Counted from the first letter of the stretch, positions 27,324 through 37,972 are shown. The stretch is 64,000 nt of DNA from an uncultured Magnetovibrio sp. (GCA_963972255.1 CAXATO010000017.1:2729-66728); one strand, 5' to 3'. Notes: generated by a model not told the origin, from the sequence alone. Translations and numbers: made by a program.

Positions 27324-28448
27324 ATGACGCTCAGTGCCGTTGACCTGACCCAGCAACTGATTCGTTTCGATACGATCAACCCGCCCGGTCGTGAGCGGCC
27401 TTGCGCGGAATTTCTCGGCGGCCTGCTCGACGCCGCCGGGTTCGACGTCACCTATCACGACTTCGGCGACGGCCGCGCCAATCTGATCGCCCGACGCGGC
27501 GGGGACGATGACCGTCCGGCGCTGGGGTTCACCGGCCATCTGGACACGGTGCCGCTCGGCCACCGGCCGTGGTCGGTGGATCCGCACGCGGCCGATATTT
27601 CCGACGGCAAGCTGTGGGGCCGGGGCGCGTCCGACATGAAAAGCGGGGTGGCCGCCTTTACCGTGGCCGCGCTTCGGCTGGGCGGTGCCCTTGACGGCAC
27701 GCCCGGGGTCGAACTCGTCTATACCGCTGGCGAGGAAACGGGCTGTGACGGCTCGTTCGGGCTGGCGCACGGCGACGGCGCCTTGGGCCGATGCGGTGCC
27801 CTGGTTGTTGCCGAGCCGAGTTCCAACCAGCCCTGGGTCGGGCATAAGGGGGCGCTCTGGCTCAAGGGAACCGGGCAGGGGGTCACCGCCCATGGCTCGA
27901 TGCCGGACAAGGGCGAGAACGCCATCTACAAGGCGGCGCGGGCGATCTCCAAGCTGGAGGAATTCGATTTCAACGTCGCCCGGCATCCCGTTCTCGGGCC
28001 GGCGACGATCAACGTCGGCATGGTGCAGGGCGGCCTGAACATCAATTCGGTTCCCGACCATTCCGAATTCACCATGGATATCCGGACCATTCCGGGTCAG
28101 GACCATGCCAAGCTGCGAGAGCAGATCGCGAGCTATCTGGGCGATGAGATAGAGATCGAAACGATCGTCGACGTCGGCGGAATGTGGACCGATCCGGAGA
28201 CCGCGTGGATTCAGGACGTGTTCGCTATCGTCACCGCGCATACCGGATGGGAAAAGTCCGTACAGGCGGCGACCTATTTCACGGACGCGTCGGCACTGAC
28301 GCCGGCCTACGGCAACCCGCCGACGGTGGTCCTCGGACCCGGTGAGGCCGCCATGGCCCATCAGACCGACGAATACTGCTACGTCGACCGCATCGATGAA
28401 GCCGCCGGGATATACGAAGACATCATCCGCAAGTGGTGTGCCGTTTAA
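27324..28448 (+). CDS. M20-family metallopeptidase/deacylase (ArgE/DapE-like)
   Basis: Start trimmed to MTLSAVDLTQQLIRFDTINPPG. Motifs GHLDTVP, RGASDMKSG and GEETG. Confidence 0.85.
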   Translation: MTLSAVDLTQQLIRFDTINPPGRERPCAEFLGGLLDAAGFDVTYHDFGDGRANLIARRGGDDDRPALGFTGHLDTVPLGHRPWSVDPHAADISDGKLWGRGASDMKSGVAAFTVAALRLGGALDGTPGVELVYTAGEETGCDGSFGLAHGDGALGRCGALVVAEPSSNQPWVGHKGALWLKGTGQGVTAHGSMPDKGENAIYKAARAISKLEEFDFNVARHPVLGPATINVGMVQGGLNINSVPDHSEFTMDIRTIPGQDHAKLREQIASYLGDEIEIETIVDVGGMWTDPETAWIQDVFAIVTAHTGWEKSVQAATYFTDASALTPAYGNPPTVVLGPGEAAMAHQTDEYCYVDRIDEAAGIYEDIIRKWCAV

Positions 28449-28481
28449 CCGCCCGCGTTTCTTGCGGCGCTCGATTCCGCA

Positions 28482-31154
28482 CTAAGAAGGCACGGCCGAA
28501 TTAAGCAGGCGGAGCCGAAAATAGCTGGTGCCGCCGTCGCTGAATTCCGCGGTCAGGTCGCCGCCCATGGCCCGCATGATCGCTCGGCTGATCGGTAAGC
28601 CCAGCCCGGCCCCTTTTCCGCGCGCAGATTTGCTGCCGCGGGAGAATTTCTCGAAGATCGTCGCCGCGTCTTCCTGGGACACACCCCCGCCGTTGTCCAT
28701 GATATCGATCAGCACGTGTTCGCCCTTTTTATAGGCGTTGATGCGAACTTCCGGCTGATCGGAGTCGTTGTATTTGACGGCGTTCATCAGGATGTTCAGC
28801 AGAACCTGATGCAGGCGGTCCTCGTTCGCTTTGACGCATAGCGCATCCTGTTCGTATTCGATGTCGACCAGAACGCTGGCTTTTCGTGTCACGCCGGATA
28901 TGGCGTCCAGGGCCGCCGAGATTGCCGCCTTGACTTCGATATGCCCGATTTGCAGCTTCACGGTTCCGGACTCGAATCGGCTGATGTCGAGCAGTTCGTC
29001 CAGCAGGCGCGTCAGCCGTCGGCTTTCGTCGTGAATGATGGAGACGAAGCGCCGTTGATCGGCGAGGGATATCGGGTCATCGGCTGCCAGGGTTTCCGAA
29101 AAGGATTGGATTGATGTCATCGGCGTGCGGAGTTCGTGACTGATCTGACTGAGGAACTCGTCTTTCTGGGCATCGAGGACCCGAAGCCGTTCGTTCACTT
29201 CGCGAAGCTGTTGCGCGGTGCGTTCCAGTTGCGCGGATTTCTCGGACAATTGCCGGGACGTTTCCACGAGCTGCAGCGCCTCGTCGGCAATGTCGATCAA
29301 CTCGGTCATGCCGACGGTCTCATGCCCGGCGATGCGTGACACCATGGCGTGGGCCGACGCCGCGCCGATCGAGCCGGCCAACTCCCGTTCCAGTCGGGCG
29401 ATGACGGCGTCGCTGGCCAGGGGAAGCCCGGTGGTGCCTTGCTCATGGGCCATTTCATCGAACAGCCGGCGGGCCGCGTCGGTGCCAAGGATACGCTGGG
29501 CCAGGATGAACAAGTCTTCCGAGTCGGCGGTGCTGTTGGCGACGGTCGACGGGGCCCCGCCCGACGAGCGGAAGACGTCGACGAACATCGCCGCTTGAAA
29601 CCGCTCAAGCGTACCTGCGCTGGTCAGGTTCGACACGATGAGGAAGGTCAAGGCATTGGTTCCGACGCTCCAGATGACCGCATGGACGAGGGAGTCCATC
29701 CCCTTGAACCCGAACAGCGCCTGGGGCCGCAGCAAGTCGATGCCCCATGGCCCGTTGGCCAGCGTTGCCGCGCTGAGCACGAAATCGCCGCCGAAGCTGG
29801 GAAGGAACAGCGTGTAGGCCCAAAAGCTGAAGCCGACGATCAAGCCGGCGAAAGCGCCGGTCCCGGTTGCGCCGCGCCAGAATATCCCGCCGAGCAGGCT
29901 GGGCAGGAACTGGGCGACGCCGACGAAGGCGATCAACCCGATGGCGGCCAAGGCGTCGGACCCGCCACTGGCCTGGAAATACAGAAAGCCGAGGCCGAGG
30001 ATAAAGGCGATGCTGATGCGCCGGGACACCAGAAGAAGGTTCCTGACATCGCCGCTGACGGCCCGCGTTCCGTGCAGCAGGCGCAGTGCCACCGGCATCA
30101 CGATATGGTTGGAAACCATGGTCGATACGGCAATCGCCGCGACGATGACCATGGAGGTCGCCGACGAAAACCCGCCAAGAAAAGCAAACAGCGCCAATTC
30201 GTGCCTGTCATGGGCCAGCGGTATCGTCAGAACATACAGATCCGGATTGGACGATTCCGGCATCACCTGAAGGCCGACCAGCGCGATGGGCATGATGAAG
30301 ATGGTCATGCCGAACAGGTAAAGCGGGAACAGCCAGGACGCCGTCGTCAAATGACTTTCTTCGACGTTCTCGACCACCGTCACCTGAAACTGCCGCGGCA
30401 GGCAGATGATCGCGGTCGCCGACAGGAAGGTCAGGGTCACCCACCTTGGTCCGAAGATATCGCTGGAGCCGCGGATGACGTCGGGATGCACGTTCTCGAA
30501 GACGTCGGCGAAGCCGTCGGAAATGCCGTAGGTGACAAAGAATCCGACGGCGATCAAGGCGAGCAACTTGATGATGGCCTCTAGGGCGATGGCGGCGACG
30601 ACCCCGTGATGGCGTTCATTGGCATCAAGGTTCCGCGTGCCGAACAGAATCGTGAACAGCGCCATGCCGGCGGCCACCCAGAAGGCGGTGGTGATGGCAT
30701 CGGCATCGCTGGAAATGATCTGATAACTGCGGACCACGGATTGAAGCTGCAGCGCGATATAAGGCGTGGTCGCGATCACCGCGATCAGGGTCACCAGCAC
30801 GGCAAGGTTCGAGCTTTTGCCGTAGCGCGATGAGATCAAGTCGGCGATGGACGTGATCCGGTGGGCGCGCCCGATCCGCACCAGCTTGCGCAAAATCCAC
30901 CACCATCCGACAAACACCAAGGTGGGGCCCAGATAGATGGTGACGAACTCGAGCCCGTTTCGCGCGGCGGACCCCACGGCGCCGTAGAATGTCCAGGACG
31001 TGCAATAGACGGAAATCGAAAGGGTGTAGACGATCGGCGAATGCAGCCAGCTTGTCCGGCTGCGCTGGGCGCGCCGGTCAACGACGAAGGCAATGGCGAA
31101 TAAAAGGAACACATACCCAAGACAGACCGTCAAAAGGATATTGACGGAAATCAT
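28482..31154 (-). CDS. sensor histidine kinase with N-terminal sodium/solute-symporter (SLC5-like) domain (CbrA/CrbS-type architecture)
   Basis: Start trimmed to MISVNILLTVCLGY (ATGA overlap with the upstream small ORF). About 13 TM helices, then HisKA (SHELRTPMTSI) and HATPase_c (GLGLPISRAIMRAMGG). No C-terminal receiver. Confidence 0.85.
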   Translation of the reverse strand: MISVNILLTVCLGYVFLLFAIAFVVDRRAQRSRTSWLHSPIVYTLSISVYCTSWTFYGAVGSAARNGLEFVTIYLGPTLVFVGWWWILRKLVRIGRAHRITSIADLISSRYGKSSNLAVLVTLIAVIATTPYIALQLQSVVRSYQIISSDADAITTAFWVAAGMALFTILFGTRNLDANERHHGVVAAIALEAIIKLLALIAVGFFVTYGISDGFADVFENVHPDVIRGSSDIFGPRWVTLTFLSATAIICLPRQFQVTVVENVEESHLTTASWLFPLYLFGMTIFIMPIALVGLQVMPESSNPDLYVLTIPLAHDRHELALFAFLGGFSSATSMVIVAAIAVSTMVSNHIVMPVALRLLHGTRAVSGDVRNLLLVSRRISIAFILGLGFLYFQASGGSDALAAIGLIAFVGVAQFLPSLLGGIFWRGATGTGAFAGLIVGFSFWAYTLFLPSFGGDFVLSAATLANGPWGIDLLRPQALFGFKGMDSLVHAVIWSVGTNALTFLIVSNLTSAGTLERFQAAMFVDVFRSSGGAPSTVANSTADSEDLFILAQRILGTDAARRLFDEMAHEQGTTGLPLASDAVIARLERELAGSIGAASAHAMVSRIAGHETVGMTELIDIADEALQLVETSRQLSEKSAQLERTAQQLREVNERLRVLDAQKDEFLSQISHELRTPMTSIQSFSETLAADDPISLADQRRFVSIIHDESRRLTRLLDELLDISRFESGTVKLQIGHIEVKAAISAALDAISGVTRKASVLVDIEYEQDALCVKANEDRLHQVLLNILMNAVKYNDSDQPEVRINAYKKGEHVLIDIMDNGGGVSQEDAATIFEKFSRGSKSARGKGAGLGLPISRAIMRAMGGDLTAEFSDGGTSYFRLRLLNSAVPS

Positions 31155-31447
31155 CAGCCGGCGGGATTTGAATCGGTCGGGGTGGGCTCGCCGTCGCCTT
31201 GGGGAGGCGTCGCCATCGGTGCGCCGGTTCTGCTGAGCGGTCCGGCCATGATGGCGGCGCCGAATATCAGCGCCGCCCAAACCACAAAGATATACAGCAG
31301 CGGAATTGGCACGCCGAACAGGTTGGCATCGACCAGGACGACCTGTGCGAACGGCGGCATGACCAGGACGATGCCGACCAGCAGGATCGCCATCGACCGA
31401 TCGCGCGCCCGACGTCCCGACAGTTGCGTTATCTTTTGATCAGGCAA
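31154..31447 (-). CDS. small two-TM membrane protein translationally coupled to the symporter-kinase
   Basis: 97 aa with two hydrophobic helices. Its stop TGA overlaps the kinase ATG (ATGA at 31154-31157 region). Confidence 0.55.
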   Translation of the reverse strand: MPDQKITQLSGRRARDRSMAILLVGIVLVMPPFAQVVLVDANLFGVPIPLLYIFVVWAALIFGAAIMAGPLSRTGAPMATPPQGDGEPTPTDSNPAG

Positions 31448-31468
31448 GGCGCGGTCTCCAGCGAGTCC

Positions 31469-31846
31469 CTAGTCGGGCCGGCCGACCGCGAGTTTTTCGA
31501 CAGCGGCGATGAGTTCGGAATTAACGAACGGTTTGGTGATGAACATGTCGGCCCCGCATTTCATCGCGGTTTCCCGATCTTCGCGCTGACCCTTTGCTGT
31601 GACCATCAGCACGGGAAGGGTCTTGGTCCGGGCGTCCGCCCGCAATCGCCGGAGAACCTCGTAACCGTCCAGTTCCGGCAGCATGACATCGAGAATGAGG
31701 ATGTCCGGCGTGTTCGATTGCGCGACCTCAAGGGCCTGGCGCCCATTGGTGGTGGTCGCCACTTCGAACCCGGACCGTTCCAAGATGAAAGTCAGTGATT
31801 CGACGATATTCGGCTCGTCTTCGGCAAGCAGCACGCGTTTCGCCAT
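31469..31846 (-). CDS. single-domain response regulator (CheY-like receiver)
   Basis: VLLAEDEP...DILILDVMLPELDG...LMVTAKG receiver motifs. No output domain. Confidence 0.9.
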   Translation of the reverse strand: MAKRVLLAEDEPNIVESLTFILERSGFEVATTTNGRQALEVAQSNTPDILILDVMLPELDGYEVLRRLRADARTKTLPVLMVTAKGQREDRETAMKCGADMFITKPFVNSELIAAVEKLAVGRPD

Positions 31847-31955
31847 GTTTCGACGAAACCTCCCAGATTACGGTTGTTGTTATGTCTCCCAGTCGGGGAT
31901 TAGACCCCAGATGACACGGGTCTGCAATGCCCATGCAAAGAACCGCATATTCGTG

Positions 31956-33350
31956 TTACTGCGTGAGAGGGGCCTCAACCCGGTGTGGACAGGATTGCCG
32001 CGAACACAATCGGCAGCCCGGACCGACCTCCTCGACGACAGATGACGTGTCTGGTGCGTAGACCGTCATTTCCGCATCAACTTCTGTTGTCACGAGCATA
32101 TCGGTTACGTAATGCCGCGGTCGGCCGAACCCGGTCATGCCGGTGTTTCGTGCCCGGGCGATGAAGACGAAGCGGTCACCGGACGGGAAAAGTGCGCGCT
32201 GTCTGATCACCGCCTCCGGTGATTGCTGAGCCCGGAACAAGACCCACAATGGGCAGGCGGCGGCATATCGGGGAATGATGAGTTTCTCAAACCCGAGTTT
32301 CTCGATGATCATGCCCGATGCGTTGGCCTGCAGGTACCCGAAGCGGGGAAGCCCGGTCCCCCGGGGGATCGAGATCAATCGGTGACAAACGGTATCGACC
32401 TCGGTCGAGTAGGCCTCCGCCAGGGCTTCGACGTCATAGCGCAGTTCCTTGGCTTCTTGTGTGAACGCGGCCATGGGCATCAGGATGGCGCCGACCGCGT
32501 AATCGGTCAGCAATTGGCGGGCGCGATCGGCGGCGGCGGTTGTTTCAATCTGGCTGCTCTCGGCGATGATTCGTTGAATCGGAGCCGCCAGGTGTTCGTC
32601 CACCAAAGCCCGTGCCTTGACCCGTCGGGGCAGGGGGCGCAGATCGGCCAGCATGTGGGACATCTCGTCGGCAATGGTTTCGATGACATCGAAACGGCCC
32701 CCATGGTCGTCGAACAGGGCCTCGACCTCGTCGGCCGGGGTGAGGAATTTTTCCGCGTGCACCGATTTGTCCAGGTAGGTGGCGAGCGTTTCGCCGTTTT
32801 CCGACAGCACGCGGATTTCTTCATGGATGATCTCGATGAACCTGTCGCGGCGTTCGGGGGGAAGGTCGGAATAATCGACGAGAATATCCGCGACCGAGCG
32901 AATGGCCGTCATGCGGTTCAGCATCTTGTGGATCTCCGCGCCGAGATAGGGATCGTTCGACAGGCGGTCGGACAGGACCTGAGCACGGACCGTCGCCTCC
33001 CGTTCGGACTGGGCCAGGGCCGCGACGGCGCGGGCCCAGCCGGGGAACCTTCCGATGAATTCGCTGGTGCGCTCTCTTTCGACGTTCGCGTCCTTCAGCG
33101 CGGGTAAATGGGCGATCTCTGAAAGCGCGGCGTTCAACCGTTCTTCTGCGGCACTTCCCAAGTCGTCCAGCGACAGGTTCAGGGCGCTGGCGATTTTGCG
33201 CAGCAAGCCGCCGGCAATGGGTCGCTTGTTCCATTCGATCAGGTTCAAATAGCTGGGGGAAATACCGACTTCGCGGGCGAGGGCGGCCTGGGTCAATCCG
33301 GCCTCTCGGCGGTACTGCTGAATGCGCGTGCCCAGGATTGCATTGACCAT
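31956..33350 (-). CDS. XRE-family regulator with ImmA/IrrE-like and DUF2083-like domains (short-chain fatty acyl-CoA regulator ScfR/RamB-like)
   Basis: N-terminal HTH (IQQYRREAGLTQAALAREVGISPSYLNLIEWNKRPI). Long C-terminal region ending in the Cys motif CRLCSRQSCPHR. Confidence 0.75.
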   Translation of the reverse strand: MVNAILGTRIQQYRREAGLTQAALAREVGISPSYLNLIEWNKRPIAGGLLRKIASALNLSLDDLGSAAEERLNAALSEIAHLPALKDANVERERTSEFIGRFPGWARAVAALAQSEREATVRAQVLSDRLSNDPYLGAEIHKMLNRMTAIRSVADILVDYSDLPPERRDRFIEIIHEEIRVLSENGETLATYLDKSVHAEKFLTPADEVEALFDDHGGRFDVIETIADEMSHMLADLRPLPRRVKARALVDEHLAAPIQRIIAESSQIETTAAADRARQLLTDYAVGAILMPMAAFTQEAKELRYDVEALAEAYSTEVDTVCHRLISIPRGTGLPRFGYLQANASGMIIEKLGFEKLIIPRYAAACPLWVLFRAQQSPEAVIRQRALFPSGDRFVFIARARNTGMTGFGRPRHYVTDMLVTTEVDAEMTVYAPDTSSVVEEVGPGCRLCSRQSCPHRVEAPLTQ

Positions 33351-33392
33351 CCGAACGCCCCCTATCTGTCGCGCGCCGCACGGCGCTTTGTG

Positions 33393-33478
33393 TCAATGAT
33401 TTACAGATTAAATTTTATCAAATTCAATTATTTACTAAATTATCTATATAAATCAATTAAATATTGATTCGTTTACAA
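33393..33478. promoter_or_regulatory. strongly AT-rich divergent control region with a perfect 7-bp inverted repeat
   Basis: About 85 nt of mostly A/T in a GC-rich genome, between the ScfR-like gene and the second ABC operon. AATCAAT-taaat-ATTGATT lies at 33451-33469. There are three TTTAC(A/T) motifs. Confidence 0.4.
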
Positions 33479-33593
33479 GACTCCCGCCATCTAGTTCCGG
33501 GATGGATCAGTTCATCGAGGGTCAAGGCTGCGTGAACAGCCGCAGAATTAAATAAGGCCCGCCGACAACAATTAAATTGGGAGACCTCCAAAC

Positions 33594-34934
33594 ATGAGTG
33601 AGTTCAAAATCACGCGCCGTGGCCTGCTGAAAAGCTCCGCCGCGGCCGGTGTCGCCTTGGCTGCGCCGACCATCTTTTCCTCCAAGGCATTCGCTGCGGG
33701 CTATCTGAATGAGCCGACGGGCAAGACCGTCACGTTCGGCTTCAACGTGCCGCAGACCGGTGCCTACGCCGATGAAGGCGCGGACGAACTGCGCGCCTAC
33801 CAGCTGGCTGTCGAACATATCAACGGCGAAGGCGACGGCGGCATGCTGAATACCTTCTCGTCCAAGGCGCTCAAGGGTAACGGCGTCAATGGCAAGAAGG
33901 TCGTGTACGTCACCGGCGACACGCAGACCAAGTCCGACGCGGCCCGCGCCAGTGCCAAGCGCATGATCGAAAAAGACGGCGCCATCATGATCACCGGTGG
34001 GTCGTCCTCCGGTGTCGCGATCGCGGTTCAGGGCCTATGCCAGGATGCCGGCGTCATCTTCATGGCCGGCCTGACCCACTCCAACGACACCACCGGCAAG
34101 GACAAGCGCGCCAACGGTTTCCGTCACTTCTTCAATACGGAAATGACCGGTGCCGCCCTGGCGCCGGTGCTGAAGAAGAACTTCGGTTCCGACCGTGTCG
34201 CCTATCACCTGACCGCCGATTACACCTGGGGCTGGTCGCAGGAAGGCTCGATCAAAAAGTACACGGAAGAACTCGGCTGGAAGACGGCCGCCGCCGTCCG
34301 CACGCCGCTCGGCGCCGGTGACTTCTCGCAGTACATCACGCCGGTGCTCAATTCGGGCGCCGATGTGCTGGTGCTCAACCACTATGGCCGCGACATGGTC
34401 AACTCGCTGACCCAGGCGGTGCAGTTCGGTCTGCGCGACAAGCAGGTCAACGGTAAGGACTTCGCCATCGTCGTGCCGCTCTACAGCCGTCTGATGGCTC
34501 AGGGTGCCGGTGAAAACGTCAAGGGCATCTTCGGTTCGACCAACTGGCATTGGTCGCTGCAGGACGAAGGCTCGCAGGCGTTCGTCAAATCGTTCGGCAA
34601 GAAATACGGCTTCCCGCCCTCGCAGGCGGCGCATACCACCTATTGCCAGGCCATCCTCTATGCGGATGCCTGCCAGCGGGCCGGCACGTTCCGTCCGTCC
34701 GGCGTCGGCAAGGCGCTGGAAGGCTTCAAGTTCGACGGTTTGGGCAACGGCCCGACGGAATACCGGGCTGAAGATCACCAGTGCTTCAAGGACGTCCTGG
34801 TCGTGAAGGGTAAGGAAAACCCGACGTCCAAGTTCGACGTTCTCGAGGTCGTCGAAGTCACCCCCCGCGCGCAGGTCGAGTATCCGGCCAGCCTGCTGGG
34901 TGGGGAACTGGGACCGTACAACGACGGTAAGTAA
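33594..34934 (+). CDS. ABC transporter substrate-binding protein (Peripla_BP_6 type) with Tat-like signal
   Basis: TRRGLLKSSAAAGVALAAP twin-arginine-like leader followed by a type I PBP fold pattern. Confidence 0.9.
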   Translation: MSEFKITRRGLLKSSAAAGVALAAPTIFSSKAFAAGYLNEPTGKTVTFGFNVPQTGAYADEGADELRAYQLAVEHINGEGDGGMLNTFSSKALKGNGVNGKKVVYVTGDTQTKSDAARASAKRMIEKDGAIMITGGSSSGVAIAVQGLCQDAGVIFMAGLTHSNDTTGKDKRANGFRHFFNTEMTGAALAPVLKKNFGSDRVAYHLTADYTWGWSQEGSIKKYTEELGWKTAAAVRTPLGAGDFSQYITPVLNSGADVLVLNHYGRDMVNSLTQAVQFGLRDKQVNGKDFAIVVPLYSRLMAQGAGENVKGIFGSTNWHWSLQDEGSQAFVKSFGKKYGFPPSQAAHTTYCQAILYADACQRAGTFRPSGVGKALEGFKFDGLGNGPTEYRAEDHQCFKDVLVVKGKENPTSKFDVLEVVEVTPRAQVEYPASLLGGELGPYNDGK

Positions 34935-35018
34935 TCAGTCCTCCCGACTGGCTCAACGGTCGCTCCCGGGGGGAAATTCCCCGGGGGCGGCCAACTATTT
35001 CCGTAGGGGTGACGATTC

Positions 35019-36047
35019 ATGGATGCAATTCTTCTCCAGATTTTAAACGGTCTCGATAAGGGGGGGGCCTATGCCCTGATCGCCCTTGGCTTGACCATCA
35101 TCTTCGGCACGCTCGGCGTGGTGAATTTCGCGCATGGCGCCTTGTTCATGCTGGGTGCTTTCTGCGCGGTGGCGGTCAAGGCCGTTCTGAACATTCAGAT
35201 GGTGACGATCGACCCGACGAAAACGACCCCATGGGGCGCGCCGATGGAAATCAGGCAGCCTTATGTGGAAGTCTGGTTCGGCGATTTCGGCACGACGCTC
35301 CTCGATTTCTCGGTGCCCGTTTCCATTCTTCTCGCCATTCCGATCATGCTGATCATCGGGATCGCCATGGAGCGGGGCCTGATCCGGTATTTCTATAAGC
35401 GCCCCCATGCGGAACAGATCCTGGTGACCTTCGGCCTCGCCATCGTGCTGCAGGAGATCGTCAAAAGCTATTTCGGCGCCAACCCGATCCCGCAGCCGGC
35501 CCCCGACGTCGCCAACGGCATGATCGACTTCGGCATCCTGGTCGGATTCGAGGCGGGCAACGTGGTCTATCCGGCCTGGCGCTTCATCTATTTCCTGTTT
35601 TCCACCGCGGTCATCGCCGCCGTGTTCGCCTTCCTGCAGTTCACCACGTTCGGCATGGTGGTCCGGGCCGGAATGGCGGACCGGGAAACGGTGGGGCTTC
35701 TGGGCATCGACATCGACCGCCGGTTCACCATCGTGTTCGGCATGGCGGCGGTCGTCGCCGGCCTGGCGGGGACCATGTACACGCCGATCCTCAGCCCCGA
35801 TTACCACATGGGCATGGACTTCCTGGTCCTCAGCTTCGTGGTCGTCGTCGTCGGCGGCATGGGGTCGCTTGGCGGTGCCGTCGCGGCCGGTTTTTTGCTG
35901 GGAATCCTGCAAAGCTTCGCATCGATGAACGAGGTCAAGGCCATCCTGCCCGGCATTGACCAGATCATCATCTATCTCATAGCGGTCGTGGTCCTTCTGG
36001 TCCGTCCGCGCGGCCTGATGGGCCGCAAAGGCGTGATGGAGCACTGA
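35019..36047 (+). CDS. LivH-like ABC permease (with extra periplasmic insertion)
   Basis: [24 protein letters not shown] LivH N-terminus, 342 aa. Confidence 0.9.
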   Translation: MDAILLQILNGLDKGGAYALIALGLTIIFGTLGVVNFAHGALFMLGAFCAVAVKAVLNIQMVTIDPTKTTPWGAPMEIRQPYVEVWFGDFGTTLLDFSVPVSILLAIPIMLIIGIAMERGLIRYFYKRPHAEQILVTFGLAIVLQEIVKSYFGANPIPQPAPDVANGMIDFGILVGFEAGNVVYPAWRFIYFLFSTAVIAAVFAFLQFTTFGMVVRAGMADRETVGLLGIDIDRRFTIVFGMAAVVAGLAGTMYTPILSPDYHMGMDFLVLSFVVVVVGGMGSLGGAVAAGFLLGILQSFASMNEVKAILPGIDQIIIYLIAVVVLLVRPRGLMGRKGVMEH

Positions 36048-36051
36048 GCCC

Positions 36052-37203
36052 ATGCATCCCACATCAATCACAAAAAAAGATCTGCTTCTGTTCGCCGTGT
36101 TCACGGCGGCGGTTCTGGCGGGCCCGATCATCCTGAAACCGATCGGCGCCGGTTACCCCGACCTTTTGCAGAAGTTCGCGATCTACGGCATCTTCGCGCT
36201 GGGCTTCAACATCCTGTTCGGCCTGACGGGGTATCTCTCGTTCGGTCACGCGGCCTTTCTCGGCGTGGGTTCTTACACGGCGGTCTGGACCTTCAAGCTT
36301 CTCAGTATGAACCCGGTGCCGGCGATCATCTTCGCGACGCTGATGGGGGGGCTGTTCTCGGCGTTGATCGGCTATGTTTCTCTGCGCCGGTCGGGCATCT
36401 ACTTCTCGATCCTGACCCTGGCCTTTGCGCAGATGTGCTACAACATGGCCTATTCGGTGCTGACCCCGATCACCAATGGTGAGACAGGCCTGCAGTTGGC
36501 CCAGTCCGACCCCCGTGCGCTGGATGTCGCCTTCGGCCGGGATTACGGCGCGGTGCTGCCGTCATCGGACCTGTTCGGCCTGGAAATGACCGGTTATCCG
36601 GGCTTCTATTTCTGCGCCGTGATGCTGATCATCTGCTTCTACATCACCCTGCGGATCTTCCGCTCGCCGTTCGGCATGATGTTGCGGGCGGTGAAGTCGA
36701 ACCAGAACCGCCTGAACTACACGGGCGTCAACACCCGGCCCTACGCACTTACCGCGTTCATCATTTCCGGCATGTTCGCCGGGCTGGCGGGTGGATTGCT
36801 GGCGGTCACGGATCCCCTCGCGGGGGCCGAGCGCATGCAGTGGACGGCCTCGGGCGAGGTTGTTTTGATGACCATTCTGGGGGGTGCCGGCACGCTGTTG
36901 GGGCCGGTTATCGGCGCCGGCGCCATCAAGTACTTCGAAAACATCTTCTCGGCGTTCAACAAGGGCATCCTGAACAACATCTTCGACTTCCTGCCCGATT
37001 TCCTGCAGCAGGTGGCGGTATCGGTCAGTTCGATGTTCGTGGGCGAAGGTTGGCACCTGACCCTGGGGGCCTTGTTCATGGTGATCGTCATCTTCCTCCC
37101 GGGCGGCCTGATGGAAGGTGTCTCCCGGATCAGCAACCTGCTGTCGAGGCGCCGCTCCGACGGCGGCTCCGGCGGCACGCCGCATCCCGAACCGGCTGAA
37201 TGA
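36052..37203 (+). CDS. LivM-like ABC permease
   Basis: [25 protein letters not shown] hallmark. Confidence 0.9.
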   Translation: MHPTSITKKDLLLFAVFTAAVLAGPIILKPIGAGYPDLLQKFAIYGIFALGFNILFGLTGYLSFGHAAFLGVGSYTAVWTFKLLSMNPVPAIIFATLMGGLFSALIGYVSLRRSGIYFSILTLAFAQMCYNMAYSVLTPITNGETGLQLAQSDPRALDVAFGRDYGAVLPSSDLFGLEMTGYPGFYFCAVMLIICFYITLRIFRSPFGMMLRAVKSNQNRLNYTGVNTRPYALTAFIISGMFAGLAGGLLAVTDPLAGAERMQWTASGEVVLMTILGGAGTLLGPVIGAGAIKYFENIFSAFNKGILNNIFDFLPDFLQQVAVSVSSMFVGEGWHLTLGALFMVIVIFLPGGLMEGVSRISNLLSRRRSDGGSGGTPHPEPAE

Positions 37204-37216
37204 GCGGAGATCGGAC

Positions 37217-37972
37217 ATGAGCACTTTATCCGTAAGGAACGTCAATAAGCGGTTCGGCGGCCTGAAAGCCCTGGACAACGTGAACCTGGAGGTCGAGGCC
37301 GGAACGGTCCATGCGATCATCGGACCCAACGGGGCCGGCAAGTCGACCCTGCTGAACTGTTTTATCGGGCGGCTTGAACCCGATTCAGGCTCGGTTACGT
37401 TCGATGGTCAATCTCTGCTCGGGATGGCGCCGCACGAGATCAATCAGGCCGGGGTCAGCCGGGTGTTTCAGACGCCGGAAATCTTCGGTGATCTGAGCCT
37501 GATCGACAACGTCATGATCCCAAGCTTTGCCCGGCGCGACGGGGCGTTCAAGATCAATGCCTGGGCCGCCATCCGGCGCAACGGTCCGATGGCCGAGAAG
37601 GCCATGTCCATGCTGTGTGACGTCGGTCTGGACGCCAAGGCCGACGAAACGGCCGCCCATCTGTCGCGCGGCGACAAGCGGCGGCTGGAACTGGCCATGT
37701 GCCTGGTTCAGGACCCGAAGCTGCTGCTGCTGGATGAGCCGACGGCCGGCATGGCGCGGGCCGACACCAACAACACCATCGATCTGATGAAACGGATTGC
37801 CGAGCGCGGGGTGACCATGGTGGTCATTGAACACGACATGCATGTGGTGTTCTCCCTGGCCGAGAAGATATCGGTGCTGGCTCAGGGCGCGGTTATTGCC
37901 GAGGATACCCCCGAAAACATCAAGGGGAATCCGAAAGTGCAGGAAGCCTATCTTGGTGGAGCGCATCTATGA
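37217..37972 (+). CDS. LivG-like ABC ATP-binding protein
   Basis: Start trimmed to MSTLSVRNVNKRFGG. Walker A GPNGAGKST, Walker B LLLLDEPTAGM. Confidence 0.9.
   Translation: MSTLSVRNVNKRFGGLKALDNVNLEVEAGTVHAIIGPNGAGKSTLLNCFIGRLEPDSGSVTFDGQSLLGMAPHEINQAGVSRVFQTPEIFGDLSLIDNVMIPSFARRDGAFKINAWAAIRRNGPMAEKAMSMLCDVGLDAKADETAAHLSRGDKRRLELAMCLVQDPKLLLLDEPTAGMARADTNNTIDLMKRIAERGVTMVVIEHDMHVVFSLAEKISVLAQGAVIAEDTPENIKGNPKVQEAYLGGAHL

Noticed and set aside
34964-34988. GC palindrome cccggggggaaattccccggggg after the second SBP gene as a terminator.
   Set aside because: The arms are largely self-complementary C/G runs with ambiguous pairing and no U-tract. It is plausible as an intercistronic stabiliser but too uncertain to annotate.
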